Positions 9,341-18,777 of a stretch of 64,000 bases of DNA are shown here, in pieces. The DNA comes from an uncultured virus (IMG/VR IMGVR_UViG_3300028394_000074) (Duplodnaviria > Heunggongvirae > Uroviricota > Caudoviricetes), in the IMG/VR virus record IMGVR_UViG_3300028394_000074, positions 1-64,000 of that record; one strand, 5' to 3'. Made by a program: the position numbers and the translations under genes. Within the stretch, counting starts at the first letter, position 1, and each line of letters starts with the position of its first letter. Below the pieces are notes generated by a model. That model made no database searches. It was not told the DNA's origin and worked only from the letters and a program-made list of their open reading frames with translations.

Positions 9341-12244
9341 TTATGCTCCTTGTGGGGGTGTTGGTTGGGGTGCTACTGCTTGTTGTTCTTGCATTTGAGC
9401 TATCTGTTGCTGATGAGCTTGATCTGCTTGCTGTAAACCTTGGACATGCTCTTGCTGAGATTGTTGTAATCCCATAGCATGCTCTTGGGCTGTTTGTTGT
9501 AATCCTTGGGCATGTTGCTCTTGGGCGCGTTGAGCTTCTAATTGATGCTGTACTTGTTGCGCTTGTTGCTCAAAAGATTGTTGTTGTACTGCCAAACCAT
9601 GTTGACGAATGTCTGCGTTAGCAGCATTAATTGCTTCCATAGCAGAGGCATTTTGCTGGGCATCTAAGGCAACTTGCTGTTGGCTCATTTGTGCTTTGGC
9701 ATTAATCATTGCAACACGCTCTTTAGCGGCATTATTGATGTTAGCCATTGCCACATTGGTTGCATTACGCTGATTGTCAATATTGGTTTGTGTAGAATAC
9801 TTAACTTGTAATTCTTGAACATCTTGTTGCAACTCAGCCACTCGAATCTTAAAGTTTTCTTGGGCTTCTTGCAATTGTGCTTGTAATTTAGCTTGTGATT
9901 CTTGTGATTTACGCTGAGTTTCAGCCATCTGAGTTTTCATCAATACATTGGCAGTTGGGTCAGCTAAAGCTTGCATTTCAATCTGTTGTTGCTGTGCTTG
10001 TTGGGCTTTTTGGGCTAATTGCTGAATAACCGGCATAAATGACGCAAATTCTTGCTGGCTTTGTTGAGAAACAAGTTGTGCAGCAATTGCAAGAGCTTGT
10101 TGGCTTTCTTTATCCAATGTACGCTCTTCATTTAACTTAAATGTGTCTTTTCCACCCGAGGCTTCTGCCACATAGTTGCGCATAGATTGCAAATAATGCA
10201 ACGAAATATGTTGCTGGATGTGTTGCAAAAGATTAGAAATAAATGCGGGTCCAATAACGGGGCTTCCACCATAATTTGGGTCAACTGCAAAGATTAAATG
10301 GGTTCTAATGTGAGCCAAATGATCTTGATCGGGAAAAGCAGCAGCCATTCTGCCCATAACCATGGAAACATTTTCCAAAGCGGGGTTAGATTCCACCACA
10401 CCGTTGGGGCTTGGCAGAATTTCTTGGATATTTGGTACTTTGAGCTGTTTAAGAATGCGTAAATGGGCTTCACGCATGTCATAAAGCTGTGGCGCACTGT
10501 TTGCAAGCTGTAAAATTGCTTGCGCTTGAGCCAAACGCTGAGTTTCTGAGAAAATATTAGGGTCAGAAACTGGTCTAATGTCATTATTGGTCGCAAAATC
10601 ACGAATTTCGATCTCTTCACCAGAGCCATTGTTCATTTCTTCCAAGTACCAATGGTTGATACGAGATAAAATGGCTAAAGACTTGGCTTGTGAACGATGT
10701 AAGCGAGCGTGAATGCTTGAAAACACCTTGGCACCTTGTTCAATCAGTGCTTGAGTAGTTCCAACGGGCGCATTGGCGTTAATGTCACCAATTTTTTCTT
10801 CAGAGGTGGTTACTACACCTTTGGCTGCGGCTGTTAACCAACCTAAAAGGCTGAATAAAACAGACGATGGTTGGTTAAATGGCAATGGCATTGCCAATTT
10901 ACGCACATCATCAACACCTGGAGCGCCTTCAATTTCTACTACTTGGGTTGGCTCAATTCGGTCACTTTGACCGCCGATGCGACCACCTTTGAGTTTAAGC
11001 ATTGTCTGGCTGTTATTAATGTGTGCTGCATCCAGCAAAGCACGTAAAGAGCCAGTAAGGGCGGCAGCAAGACCACCAATAAGATGAGGAAGGCCAATAG
11101 CATAAGCACCCCTCCAAGGAATGAACTTAAATTCAACATACCAGTCCAACTTCTCAAGTTTTTCATCGCCATATGCCCAGTTTCTGTAAAGTGCTAACAC
11201 TTTAGAAGTTGAATCATCAACTGTTAAAATGTATGGAGCACGCTTTCCTTCGGTTTCATTATCGTCATCTAAACGTAGAAAGCAAGTGATTTCATAAACT
11301 CGGCGCACACCATCCACATTCTTGGATGGTTTTGTAATACCTTCAATTTTGTCGTTGGCTTTTTTAGACTGGCTTTGTTGGTCTGTTTCTATGTCAGAAA
11401 TATAATTGGTATCAATGTCACGATAGATACCTTGATCTACTCGTTGCTTAAAGATATCTTCTGTAATATCTTGAATTTCAGTTACACGAGCAGAGGTGTA
11501 AAAATTGGTTGAGGCATAAGGCAACAAAATGTTGTCAATAGGCACCCATTCAGTAGTCGGACGCTTGAGCTCATAGTCATAACGCCATTTGAGATACTGT
11601 GATCCGCCTAGTGGCAGTTGAGTGAGCATTTGCTCCATCTCATCACGATACTCTGGGATTTGTTCGGTTAACTGCCAGTTGAGGAAGTTAACTTTTCGAT
11701 CAGCTATTTCAGTACGCTCTTTGTTGTCGCCACCAAAAATTTGTGATTTTACAATGCCATCTGATGGCAATAGTTCACGAGAGGCTGACGCAGCAAAGTC
11801 AACGCAGGACTCTGCCATAACAGGGTGAACGACTTTAGAGGCTCCATCAAAGGTTGCGCCTCCAGGCGCGTCCTTACCTAAACCGGTACGGCGTAATCCA
11901 TCTTCATACTGCTTATCTCGTTCTTTACGAGCTTCACGATCTACTTCAATTAAGTCTAAAAATTCAAAAGAAAGGTCATCTAAAGTACTTTCATCAAATT
12001 CTTCTGCCAAGTTGGCATAAAATTCTGGATCTTTAAGAGGGCCTTCTGTAGGTGTTAAGTTGACAATAACAGAACCATCTTCTTGTTCAATGATATCTTC
12101 TTGGATATTCATCTCATCATCAAGACCTAAAGCATCTGCGTAAGAATCAATCTCTTCATCACTCAACTCAATATCTTCTTTGGAATTATCCAAGGAAGAT
12201 AGGTTGGCTCCTGTTTGAATAGGAAGTTGTGGTGCTTGTGCCAT
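9341..12244 (-). CDS. Portal protein (P22-like) with Gln-rich C-terminal extension
   Basis: 967 aa near TerL; NAPVGTTQALIEQG..VFSSIHARLH motif; long coiled-coil tail. Confidence 0.85.
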   Translation of the reverse strand: MAQAPQLPIQTGANLSSLDNSKEDIELSDEEIDSYADALGLDDEMNIQEDIIEQEDGSVIVNLTPTEGPLKDPEFYANLAEEFDESTLDDLSFEFLDLIEVDREARKERDKQYEDGLRRTGLGKDAPGGATFDGASKVVHPVMAESCVDFAASASRELLPSDGIVKSQIFGGDNKERTEIADRKVNFLNWQLTEQIPEYRDEMEQMLTQLPLGGSQYLKWRYDYELKRPTTEWVPIDNILLPYASTNFYTSARVTEIQDITEDIFKQRVDQGIYRDIDTNYISDIETDQQSQSKKANDKIEGITKPSKNVDGVRRVYEITCFLRLDDDNETEGKRAPYILTVDDSTSKVLALYRNWAYGDEKLEKLDWYVEFKFIPWRGAYAIGLPHLIGGLAAALTGSLRALLDAAHINNSQTMLKLKGGRIGGQSDRIEPTQVVEIEGAPGVDDVRKLAMPLPFNQPSSVLFSLLGWLTAAAKGVVTTSEEKIGDINANAPVGTTQALIEQGAKVFSSIHARLHRSQAKSLAILSRINHWYLEEMNNGSGEEIEIRDFATNNDIRPVSDPNIFSETQRLAQAQAILQLANSAPQLYDMREAHLRILKQLKVPNIQEILPSPNGVVESNPALENVSMVMGRMAAAFPDQDHLAHIRTHLIFAVDPNYGGSPVIGPAFISNLLQHIQQHISLHYLQSMRNYVAEASGGKDTFKLNEERTLDKESQQALAIAAQLVSQQSQQEFASFMPVIQQLAQKAQQAQQQQIEMQALADPTANVLMKTQMAETQRKSQESQAKLQAQLQEAQENFKIRVAELQQDVQELQVKYSTQTNIDNQRNATNVAMANINNAAKERVAMINAKAQMSQQQVALDAQQNASAMEAINAANADIRQHGLAVQQQSFEQQAQQVQHQLEAQRAQEQHAQGLQQTAQEHAMGLQQSQQEHVQGLQQADQAHQQQIAQMQEQQAVAPQPTPPQGA

Positions 12245-12247
12245 TAA

Positions 12248-13156
12248 TTATTTTCCAGAAATGTGTTTTTGAATTAGCATTTTGCTAATATCTTTAAATG
12301 GTTTTACTTTGCCACCTTTTTTAAAACCAGCAGCGTTGCCCATTATATCAACATTTGGCATTTGTGCGGGTTCTTGTGGTGCGTCTTTATCAATCACCGG
12401 AATCGGAGGAGGTGGGACTGGATTATGATACGCATCCCGAATAGTGTTTAAAAGTTCAGTATTTTTTGGATGGCTAACATAATCCATGTTTGCTTTCATA
12501 CCAGCCAAATATTGTGGGCTGGTTTGTTTATCTTCACTAATGCCAGTGCCAAACCAATGGTTAAATGGGTCGCCACCTTTTAATTTTGCTTTTGCGTGGG
12601 CATCATAAATTGCTGGCCCAAATCCAGCGGCTGCAGGATCGTAACCTTCTTTTACTAGGTTACGATAAATCTCTAAAGACTTTGGATCTCGGTAGTTAAA
12701 CTGGTTATATCCAAGATTGGTTCTACCTTCTTTAAACACCATAGCAGCTAACTGTTCTGGTGAGAATTGTGGCACGCCATGTTTTTCACCAGCACGCATA
12801 ACACTGATCCAATTTTTTAATGCGTTAGAGTCAATTTCACTAGGAAGTGTTTCCAAACCTTCTTTTGTGGTGTGTTTTGGAATTGTCCCACGGCGGTGGT
12901 ACTTTACAGGCGCTGAATCTTGAAAATAGAAAAACTCAGGTTGTCCATGATACATTGGCATCTGAACATCTGAGGGTAGATCTTTTGGTGTTACCGATGG
13001 AGCTCTTCCCATTGCCAAACCAGCAGATGGTGCTGCCGCTGCTAATGCCGCTTGCATCTGTGCTTGAGATGGAGTTTTGCCACCAGCTTGCATATGAGGA
13101 ATGCCAGCTTGCTCAAGAATCATTTGATTGGGAGTTTTAATAAGGGAGAGCGTCAT
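12248..13156 (-). CDS. Putative internal virion protein, possible lysozyme-like domain
   Basis: Bracketed by HMQAGG and GFKKGG motifs; LAAMVFKEGR resembles a transglycosylase catalytic helix. Confidence 0.45.
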   Translation of the reverse strand: MTLSLIKTPNQMILEQAGIPHMQAGGKTPSQAQMQAALAAAAPSAGLAMGRAPSVTPKDLPSDVQMPMYHGQPEFFYFQDSAPVKYHRRGTIPKHTTKEGLETLPSEIDSNALKNWISVMRAGEKHGVPQFSPEQLAAMVFKEGRTNLGYNQFNYRDPKSLEIYRNLVKEGYDPAAAGFGPAIYDAHAKAKLKGGDPFNHWFGTGISEDKQTSPQYLAGMKANMDYVSHPKNTELLNTIRDAYHNPVPPPPIPVIDKDAPQEPAQMPNVDIMGNAAGFKKGGKVKPFKDISKMLIQKHISGK

Positions 13157-13164
13157 ATCTATAA

Positions 13165-13196
13165 CTACTTATGCAAAATAGCTTGTATGTTCGCCC
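13165..13196 (-). promoter_or_regulatory. Phage late promoter GGGC-N17-TGCATAAGTAG
   Basis: Exact motif, 17-nt spacer. Confidence 0.8.
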
Positions 13197-14638
13197 TAAA
13201 CTGCATAGGGGTTATAACGTTTCTTATTTCGGTCGTCGGCGTAGTCCATATCTCGAGTTGGAAGCAAATCAAGCTGAATCCATCCAGAATCACGCAGGAC
13301 ACGCAATGCTTGGGACAAAACGTCCACATAGTCATCGTGCCCGCCAGACTCTGGAAACGAACACACCTGCCGTATAAAGCGTTTTGCCCATGGTGCTACC
13401 TCGCCGGGTTTGTCGGGATCTTCTGGGATGTAGACTTTACCTTTAGCAATTAGCGGTGCAACAATGTTGATACGCTGGACTTTGTCAGCACGCCCTGGGT
13501 TATAACCTCGCACAGGAACGCCAGATCCTTGAAGTTCTTGAATCAGTGAGATACCAGCCGATTTGTCTTCCATGAGGATGAGGTCGGCTTTCCTACCTTT
13601 GGCAAACTCATTGTCCGAACCATACACCACTTCTTTAAAATCGTTGATCACTTTACGGCGTAGCTCTGGATAACCTAAGTGCTGATCCCATGCATCTAAA
13701 AGAATGATTGCCGTGCCAATGTCTACCGACTCAAAGATACCGAACACACCGCACGCTGTTGGGTCGTTGGCGGTTTTTTCTGAGGTAGCGGGGTCGTAGC
13801 TGGCAATCACATACTCAAGTACTGGAGACGGCTTTTTGGCTGGCCATGTTTTAAACCAGCGCCGTTTGACAATACCCGCATCTTCTGGATCCAGAATAGC
13901 GCCATAGATCTCTTGCTTACCAAGGTCGGTGCCTTCATAGGTTTCAAGCGCTTTAAAGAACGATGACGATAGGTTAGCTCGGTTTTCATAGGAGCTGGCG
14001 TTGACCACAAACACATCGCCACCAATTTTGCCTTCGTTCAAATCCACGATCAGTTCTCTGGGCTTGGGTGTCGTGGTGATGATCTGCTGAACTCGAGCAA
14101 TCCGAGGGTCACGCAGACGCATGGTGAACTGCGCTTGATCCCATGCGTCGTCCAGATAGTCGAACGCGGCTAACTCGTCATACCAGCCACCATGGAACTG
14201 CTTACCACGATAACGCTCTGGTTCGGAAGCTGGGATGCCTTGGATAATCGAGCCATTCTTAAGCGTAATCTCAAACAACGATTTGTTGTAGGTCTCAATC
14301 AATTCTGGCGGGATGATGTTTAAAAGACCAGAGTCACCTTCAAAGCAGGTTGCCCTAATGTCGTTGGAGGTTGGTGCTGTGACCAACCAACGTGTGCCAC
14401 TGAACTGGGCTGCACGTTGTCCAATCCAATTTGAGGCGGTGTAGGTCTTACCAGCGCCCCGCCCCGCCAACATGAGCATAATGTCATACTCGCCGTCCTC
14501 GGGCTCACGCTGATGCTTAAGCGCTTGTACTTCCCAACGGATCTGCCAGAGCGCAAGAGCTAGTTGATCTTTTGGCCAGTGTTGTCGTTTTGCTGCAAAG
14601 CTGGCAAGCAGCTTTTCTTGAATTGCGTTTAATGCCAT
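13196..14638 (-). CDS. terL: Terminase large subunit
   Basis: Walker A AGRGAGKT, Walker B WYDE, TTTP coupling motif, nuclease motifs YDPA and HDDYVD. Confidence 0.92.
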   Translation of the reverse strand: MALNAIQEKLLASFAAKRQHWPKDQLALALWQIRWEVQALKHQREPEDGEYDIMLMLAGRGAGKTYTASNWIGQRAAQFSGTRWLVTAPTSNDIRATCFEGDSGLLNIIPPELIETYNKSLFEITLKNGSIIQGIPASEPERYRGKQFHGGWYDELAAFDYLDDAWDQAQFTMRLRDPRIARVQQIITTTPKPRELIVDLNEGKIGGDVFVVNASSYENRANLSSSFFKALETYEGTDLGKQEIYGAILDPEDAGIVKRRWFKTWPAKKPSPVLEYVIASYDPATSEKTANDPTACGVFGIFESVDIGTAIILLDAWDQHLGYPELRRKVINDFKEVVYGSDNEFAKGRKADLILMEDKSAGISLIQELQGSGVPVRGYNPGRADKVQRINIVAPLIAKGKVYIPEDPDKPGEVAPWAKRFIRQVCSFPESGGHDDYVDVLSQALRVLRDSGWIQLDLLPTRDMDYADDRNKKRYNPYAV

Positions 14639-15606
14639 ATTGGTAGAAATCCCTGACCGACCACAAACGGCGCATCTGTTTCGATGTGTACTGTGGGCGC
14701 GGGATCTATTCTCTCCACTTTAGTTATCATGCGGCGCTTATGACCCTTGATACCCTTTTTGGTTTGTTGCTTGGGGTGCAACTGGATATCGGTCTTAAAC
14801 GTAAATTGGTGCGTGAGCGATGAGCGGTTATCAAACACATAGCTCTTCATTCCCAGCGATTCACAGATCGATTGCAGAGTGATCAGAAACCGCAGGTCAC
14901 GGGAGAAGACAAGAAACCGATCTAGTCGTGCATTGTAGCTCCCTGGTTTCATCGCAACAATTCCCTTGAGAAACTCAATCCGCTGTTCGATACTGCCGAA
15001 AGTGTATTCGATTGGCAGTGTGGTTGGAATGCTGGAATAGCGGGTTAGAAATGAGACGCCAATGGATTGCTTAAATGTAAGGGTGTTTCCTTTTCGATCG
15101 GTGTGCCACCCCAAAGCGCGGATCTTCTTTTGCACTGGGTCAACCCAGTCTGGATCAAAGGTAAAGACCACCTTGCCTTTTTGTTTGGCTGCCCACAATC
15201 CCACAATGAATGGTGGCACAGGATGATCCTCATAGGGAAAATGTATTGGATCGGTGTTTTCAATCGAGAACACATTCCAGCCTCGTTTGTCCCTCAGTCC
15301 CTTTTCAAGCAAGTCGTCTGGTGTGTAATAGCGCTGGATGTAGTGGCGTTTGTATTTACCTTGATGCCGAGATTCTCTCTGGCGGTTTCTAGTGGTGAAG
15401 GCTGGAAACCGAGTGTGTTGGTCGACTTCCAGATAAACTCCATCTTTTAACTGCACATCAAACATCTGGGTTGGGGTGTAGTGCTGAATGGTTTTAATCG
15501 GTAGTGGATAGCCATCCCACGAAAAGACATAATCTTTTGTAGTTAACTGACCCGCCAGTTTCCAGCCTCCCAATACGGGGACTGGGGTGTTACTTGCTAT
15601 GCCCAA
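14629..15606 (-). CDS. Free-standing degenerate intein-like protein (Hint + LAGLIDADG remnant)
   Basis: IASNTPVPVLGGWK..QL...DYVFSWDG resembles Hint block A; EQRIEFLKGI resembles a LAGLIDADG helix; splicing residues absent. Confidence 0.7.
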   Translation of the reverse strand: MGIASNTPVPVLGGWKLAGQLTTKDYVFSWDGYPLPIKTIQHYTPTQMFDVQLKDGVYLEVDQHTRFPAFTTRNRQRESRHQGKYKRHYIQRYYTPDDLLEKGLRDKRGWNVFSIENTDPIHFPYEDHPVPPFIVGLWAAKQKGKVVFTFDPDWVDPVQKKIRALGWHTDRKGNTLTFKQSIGVSFLTRYSSIPTTLPIEYTFGSIEQRIEFLKGIVAMKPGSYNARLDRFLVFSRDLRFLITLQSICESLGMKSYVFDNRSSLTHQFTFKTDIQLHPKQQTKKGIKGHKRRMITKVERIDPAPTVHIETDAPFVVGQGFLPIWH

Positions 15607-15880
15607 TGGTATTCTCTTTGATTACCCAATTATCTAACCACTGGTTCATAGGTGAGCGGATTCTGTTTTGAATCGTGATGGGTAGCTTTCTCACATCAAC
15701 AAATTCATTCACACTTAATCGAAACTTTAAATAATCAAGGGTGCTTTTATCAAAGATACTTGCTGGCACATCAACTGAATCAAAGAAGTCTTTAGAACAC
15801 AGTAGTACCCTCATGCCTCCAATCTCCTTGTTGGGCTTTTCAAGGATGCCCTTGATTTGGTAAACATATAACTTAGACAT
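15590..15880 (-). CDS. Hypothetical protein (MSKLYVYQ...)
   Basis: Overlaps both neighbouring genes in the packaging operon. Confidence 0.5.
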   Translation of the reverse strand: MSKLYVYQIKGILEKPNKEIGGMRVLLCSKDFFDSVDVPASIFDKSTLDYLKFRLSVNEFVDVRKLPITIQNRIRSPMNQWLDNWVIKENTIGHSK

Positions 15881-16109
15881 GAGCTGGCACCATTTTGAAC
15901 ACCCGAGGCAGCTTCCCAGCTTGCCGTCGTTTTTTACATTTCGCTGCCTTGTCTCGCTCAAGTGCTCGTTGGAACGCTTCTAGACTGAGCCAGCGTTCGC
16001 CACGAAAACCATTGGCAAGCACATCAGTGCGGTAGTTGTAAAACACCATTCCCTCGTAAACGTCGCCGAGCTTGAATGGTTGTTTTGTTTTGGGATTAAG
16101 TCTCTTCAT
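15873..16109 (-). CDS. Hypothetical basic protein (MKRLNPKT..., probably leaderless)
   Basis: ATG 4 nt downstream of the phage promoter motif. Confidence 0.55.
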   Translation of the reverse strand: MKRLNPKTKQPFKLGDVYEGMVFYNYRTDVLANGFRGERWLSLEAFQRALERDKAAKCKKRRQAGKLPRVFKMVPAHV

Positions 16110-16113
16110 ACAT

Positions 16114-16145
16114 CTACTTATGCAAACTCTATACACATGCCGCCC
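16114..16145 (-). promoter_or_regulatory. Phage late promoter GGGC-N17-TGCATAAGTAG (packaging operon)
   Basis: Exact motif, 17-nt spacer. Confidence 0.8.
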
Positions 16146-16161
16146 TACTGTTGCGTTCATC

Positions 16162-16432
16162 CTAGTTCTATACACTCCCTGTCTCCAGTAAGTCTTTGAT
16201 TCCAAAGTAGATTCCGCTTTGAAAGACAGGGTATCCATAGAAGACAGGGTCAAAACGCATATTAGGTGTACCTATTTATTTTATTTTTTTAAATTAAAAA
16301 TAAAAAATAAAGAAATACTATGGATACTATGGATACCCTGTCTTTTAAAACAAAAAAGCTATACGGATCAAAAGGTTATAGGAGACAGGGAGTGTATAGA
16401 ACTAGACAGGGAAGACAGGGAGTGTATAGAAC
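16162..16432. repeat. Origin-like element A: nested inverted repeats around an AT-rich core
   Basis: Perfect 25-bp IR 16162-16186/16381-16405; perfect 19-bp IR 16222-16240/16327-16345; A/T core about 16273-16318. Confidence 0.7.
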
Positions 16433-16617
16433 TCAATGTTGCTTTGAGCCTAGTTCTATACAAGTCTTCTAATAATTTACAAAAAAAAATAAAAAATTAC
16501 AGAGAAAATTCAACAAGCTTGCTTTTGGTTGGAGCCTCCCGCGCCCAAGCCGCAGGGAGTCGTAAAAGGTGGTGTGGCGTCAAAACAACACCGCCCAGCC
16601 ATATTGCAAGGAAACAA

Positions 16618-16895
16618 CCTGACAATCTGACAACTATGGTGCGGTGCAACATATTGCAACGCAACAATCTGCTACTAGGGTTTACCCCAGGTTGAAGTGA
16701 GTGCTTACTTACTTGCTGCAACGCAACAATCTGCCAGTCTTCTATATTGTTGCAATGCAACATATTGCAACGCAACAATTAGTCACGCTGATAATGTTAG
16801 TAGTTACTAACTTGTCAGGTTGTCATGCGTGCGTGAGAGCGTGCTAGAGAGTCGGCACAATTTACCAACAATCCGACAATGATGCAATGCAACAA
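16618..16895. promoter_or_regulatory. Dense array of repeated operator-like sites
   Basis: Six TGCRRYGCA, two GTNAGT-N4-ACTNAC and two TGACA/TGTCA tandem pairs. Confidence 0.55.
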
Positions 16896-17009
16896 TATGG
16901 CCTTAGGGTAAACACCTATTGACAAGGTAATAGTGTTGTATTCCGGCAACTAAGGGTAAACACCTATTGTTTTGCTGCCAGTTTTAATATATTTTGGGGA
17001 CCAGATCCC

Positions 17010-17079
17010 AGGGTAAACCCTAACGATCAGAACGCACGCTATGCCATTATCACAACCCTCCTAATACACTTATTCCAAG
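17010..17079 (+). repeat. 70-bp direct repeat, copy 1
   Basis: Matches 18290-18359 with 3 mismatches. Confidence 0.9.
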
Positions 17080-17260
17080 CAATATTAAAACCGCTATAAA
17101 CCCTCTTAAAACCCTTTTAAATTGATTTGCCTATTTTTTAAGCAATGCATTTATACATTCCGCTGCTAGGGTAAACACCTATATAGATATTGTTGCAAGT
17201 GTTTAAAATATATAGTATTAGGTAAGCAATATCCTAATTAACTAAACTACTGGAGGATGT

Positions 17261-17464
17261 ATGTATTTTGATAGATTTGATATAGCGGAGGCATATTACC
17301 TAGCATTTACCCATTGCCATAATGGGCAATATTCTAGGGAATATGCAAGATTATGCAAAATGCAACAATATTTTAAACCTAGCATTCTATTAGATTGTGA
17401 GTCATTAACAGAAAATGGCAAGGCAATTTATGACAATGTATGCTCTAAACTATTAGGAAAATAA
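17261..17464 (+). CDS. Early hypothetical protein
   Basis: Strong GGAGG SD; first gene after the control region. Confidence 0.7.
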   Translation: MYFDRFDIAEAYYLAFTHCHNGQYSREYARLCKMQQYFKPSILLDCESLTENGKAIYDNVCSKLLGK

Positions 17465-17467
17465 ACC

Positions 17468-18115
17468 ATGCAACAAAAACAATTAATTAAAACCATTAAG
17501 CAAGCAATGGAAATTATCGGAGGGTTATCTGCTCCTAGTAAAATGCCATGCTCTAGCTATTCTATTTCCGCTAAGCGTTGCAATACTGGATCAAAGCTTG
17601 CAAAAATAGAGGGTACAGTTTGCCATAACTGTTATGCATTAAAGGGCAATTATATCCGCTATGCAAAAACTATAGATATCGCTCATGAGCGGAGATATCA
17701 AGCTTTATCTAATCCACAATGGATTGATGCAATGTCTTTTATTATTAATAAGCAAGCAATGCAATATTTTAGATGGCATGATAGCGGAGATATTCAGTCA
17801 TTCCAGCATCTATTAAATATTGTGAGCGTTGCAGACAATTGCCCTAATACTCAATTTTGGATACCAACAAAGGAAAGTAACCTAGTAAAGCAATATTTAG
17901 ATACTTTTGGATCATTCCCTAATAATTTGATTGTGAGAGTATCCGCTACTAAACGAGATAGTAATCCGCCAAAATTTGAGCATACATCTACAGTACATCT
18001 AGCTAATAATTCAATTGGCACAGAATGCCCTAGTTATAAGCAAGCTGGAAAATGCTTAGATTGTCGCAATTGTTGGGATAAATCAATCCCTAATGTATCT
18101 TATAAATACCATTAG
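17468..18115 (+). CDS. Gene product 88 (mycobacteriophage L5 gp88-like) Cys-rich protein
   Basis: SKMPC...C..G...C..CYA, FRWHDSGD, NLIVRVS, CP...C..CR.CW motifs. Confidence 0.75.
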   Translation: MQQKQLIKTIKQAMEIIGGLSAPSKMPCSSYSISAKRCNTGSKLAKIEGTVCHNCYALKGNYIRYAKTIDIAHERRYQALSNPQWIDAMSFIINKQAMQYFRWHDSGDIQSFQHLLNIVSVADNCPNTQFWIPTKESNLVKQYLDTFGSFPNNLIVRVSATKRDSNPPKFEHTSTVHLANNSIGTECPSYKQAGKCLDCRNCWDKSIPNVSYKYH

Positions 18116-18134
18116 ATCAATTCACTATCACAAC

Positions 18135-18160
18135 AACCCGCCACTAGGCGGGTTTTTTTT
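18135..18160 (+). terminator. Intrinsic terminator
   Basis: AACCCGCC-acta-GGCGGGTT followed by a T-run. Confidence 0.85.
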
Positions 18161-18289
18161 GATTGTTGCGTAGCAGCCACAAACCAGGGTTAACCCTAAT
18201 AGACCAGATCCCAAAATTATGCTAAGTCTGGCCTAAGGGTAAACCCCTATAGACAAATCAAATTAATTGTGAAATTGACAAATCCGGTA

Positions 18290-18359
18290 AGGGTAAACCC
18301 TAACGATCAGATCGCACGCTATGCCACGATCACAACCCTCCTAATACACTTATTCCAAG
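18290..18359 (+). repeat. 70-bp direct repeat, copy 2
   Basis: Matches 17010-17079. Confidence 0.9.
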
Positions 18360-18567
18360 TGACATCAAAACCCGCCAAAACCCCATTAAATCGATTTTGG
18401 AGGGTTTGCCCATAATTGACATTTTGACCCCAGCACAAAACCAGGGTTTACCCTTAAGGGAATGTCCTAATATGAATTTTATACAGAATTGATATTATGG
18501 ATATGGGGAAATTATATTTTTTATTTTGACCCCAGCACTTTAAGGGTAAACCCTAATAGGAGAAATT

Positions 18568-18774
18568 ATGCAACATATTGAATTAAATTTGACAATTCGT
18601 CAAGCTGATTTGGTATTGGCATCATTACGCAACCAGTTAAGAGAATTAAATCATTCTCTTAATAATGAAGTATTGAGTAGTGCTGAGTCAATCGACATTC
18701 AGTCTAGTGCGAATGTAATTAGATCCACAATGCAAGTATTAAAAGACTTAATTTATAAATCAGAAAGAGAGTAA
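18568..18774 (+). CDS. Early hypothetical protein
   Basis: AGGAG SD. Confidence 0.6.
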   Translation: MQHIELNLTIRQADLVLASLRNQLRELNHSLNNEVLSSAESIDIQSSANVIRSTMQVLKDLIYKSERE

Positions 18775-18777
18775 AAA

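Noticed and set aside
16219..16778. ORFs 16219-16695 (+) and 16497-16778 (-)
   Set aside because: They lie across the origin-like palindrome and operator arrays and do not look protein-like
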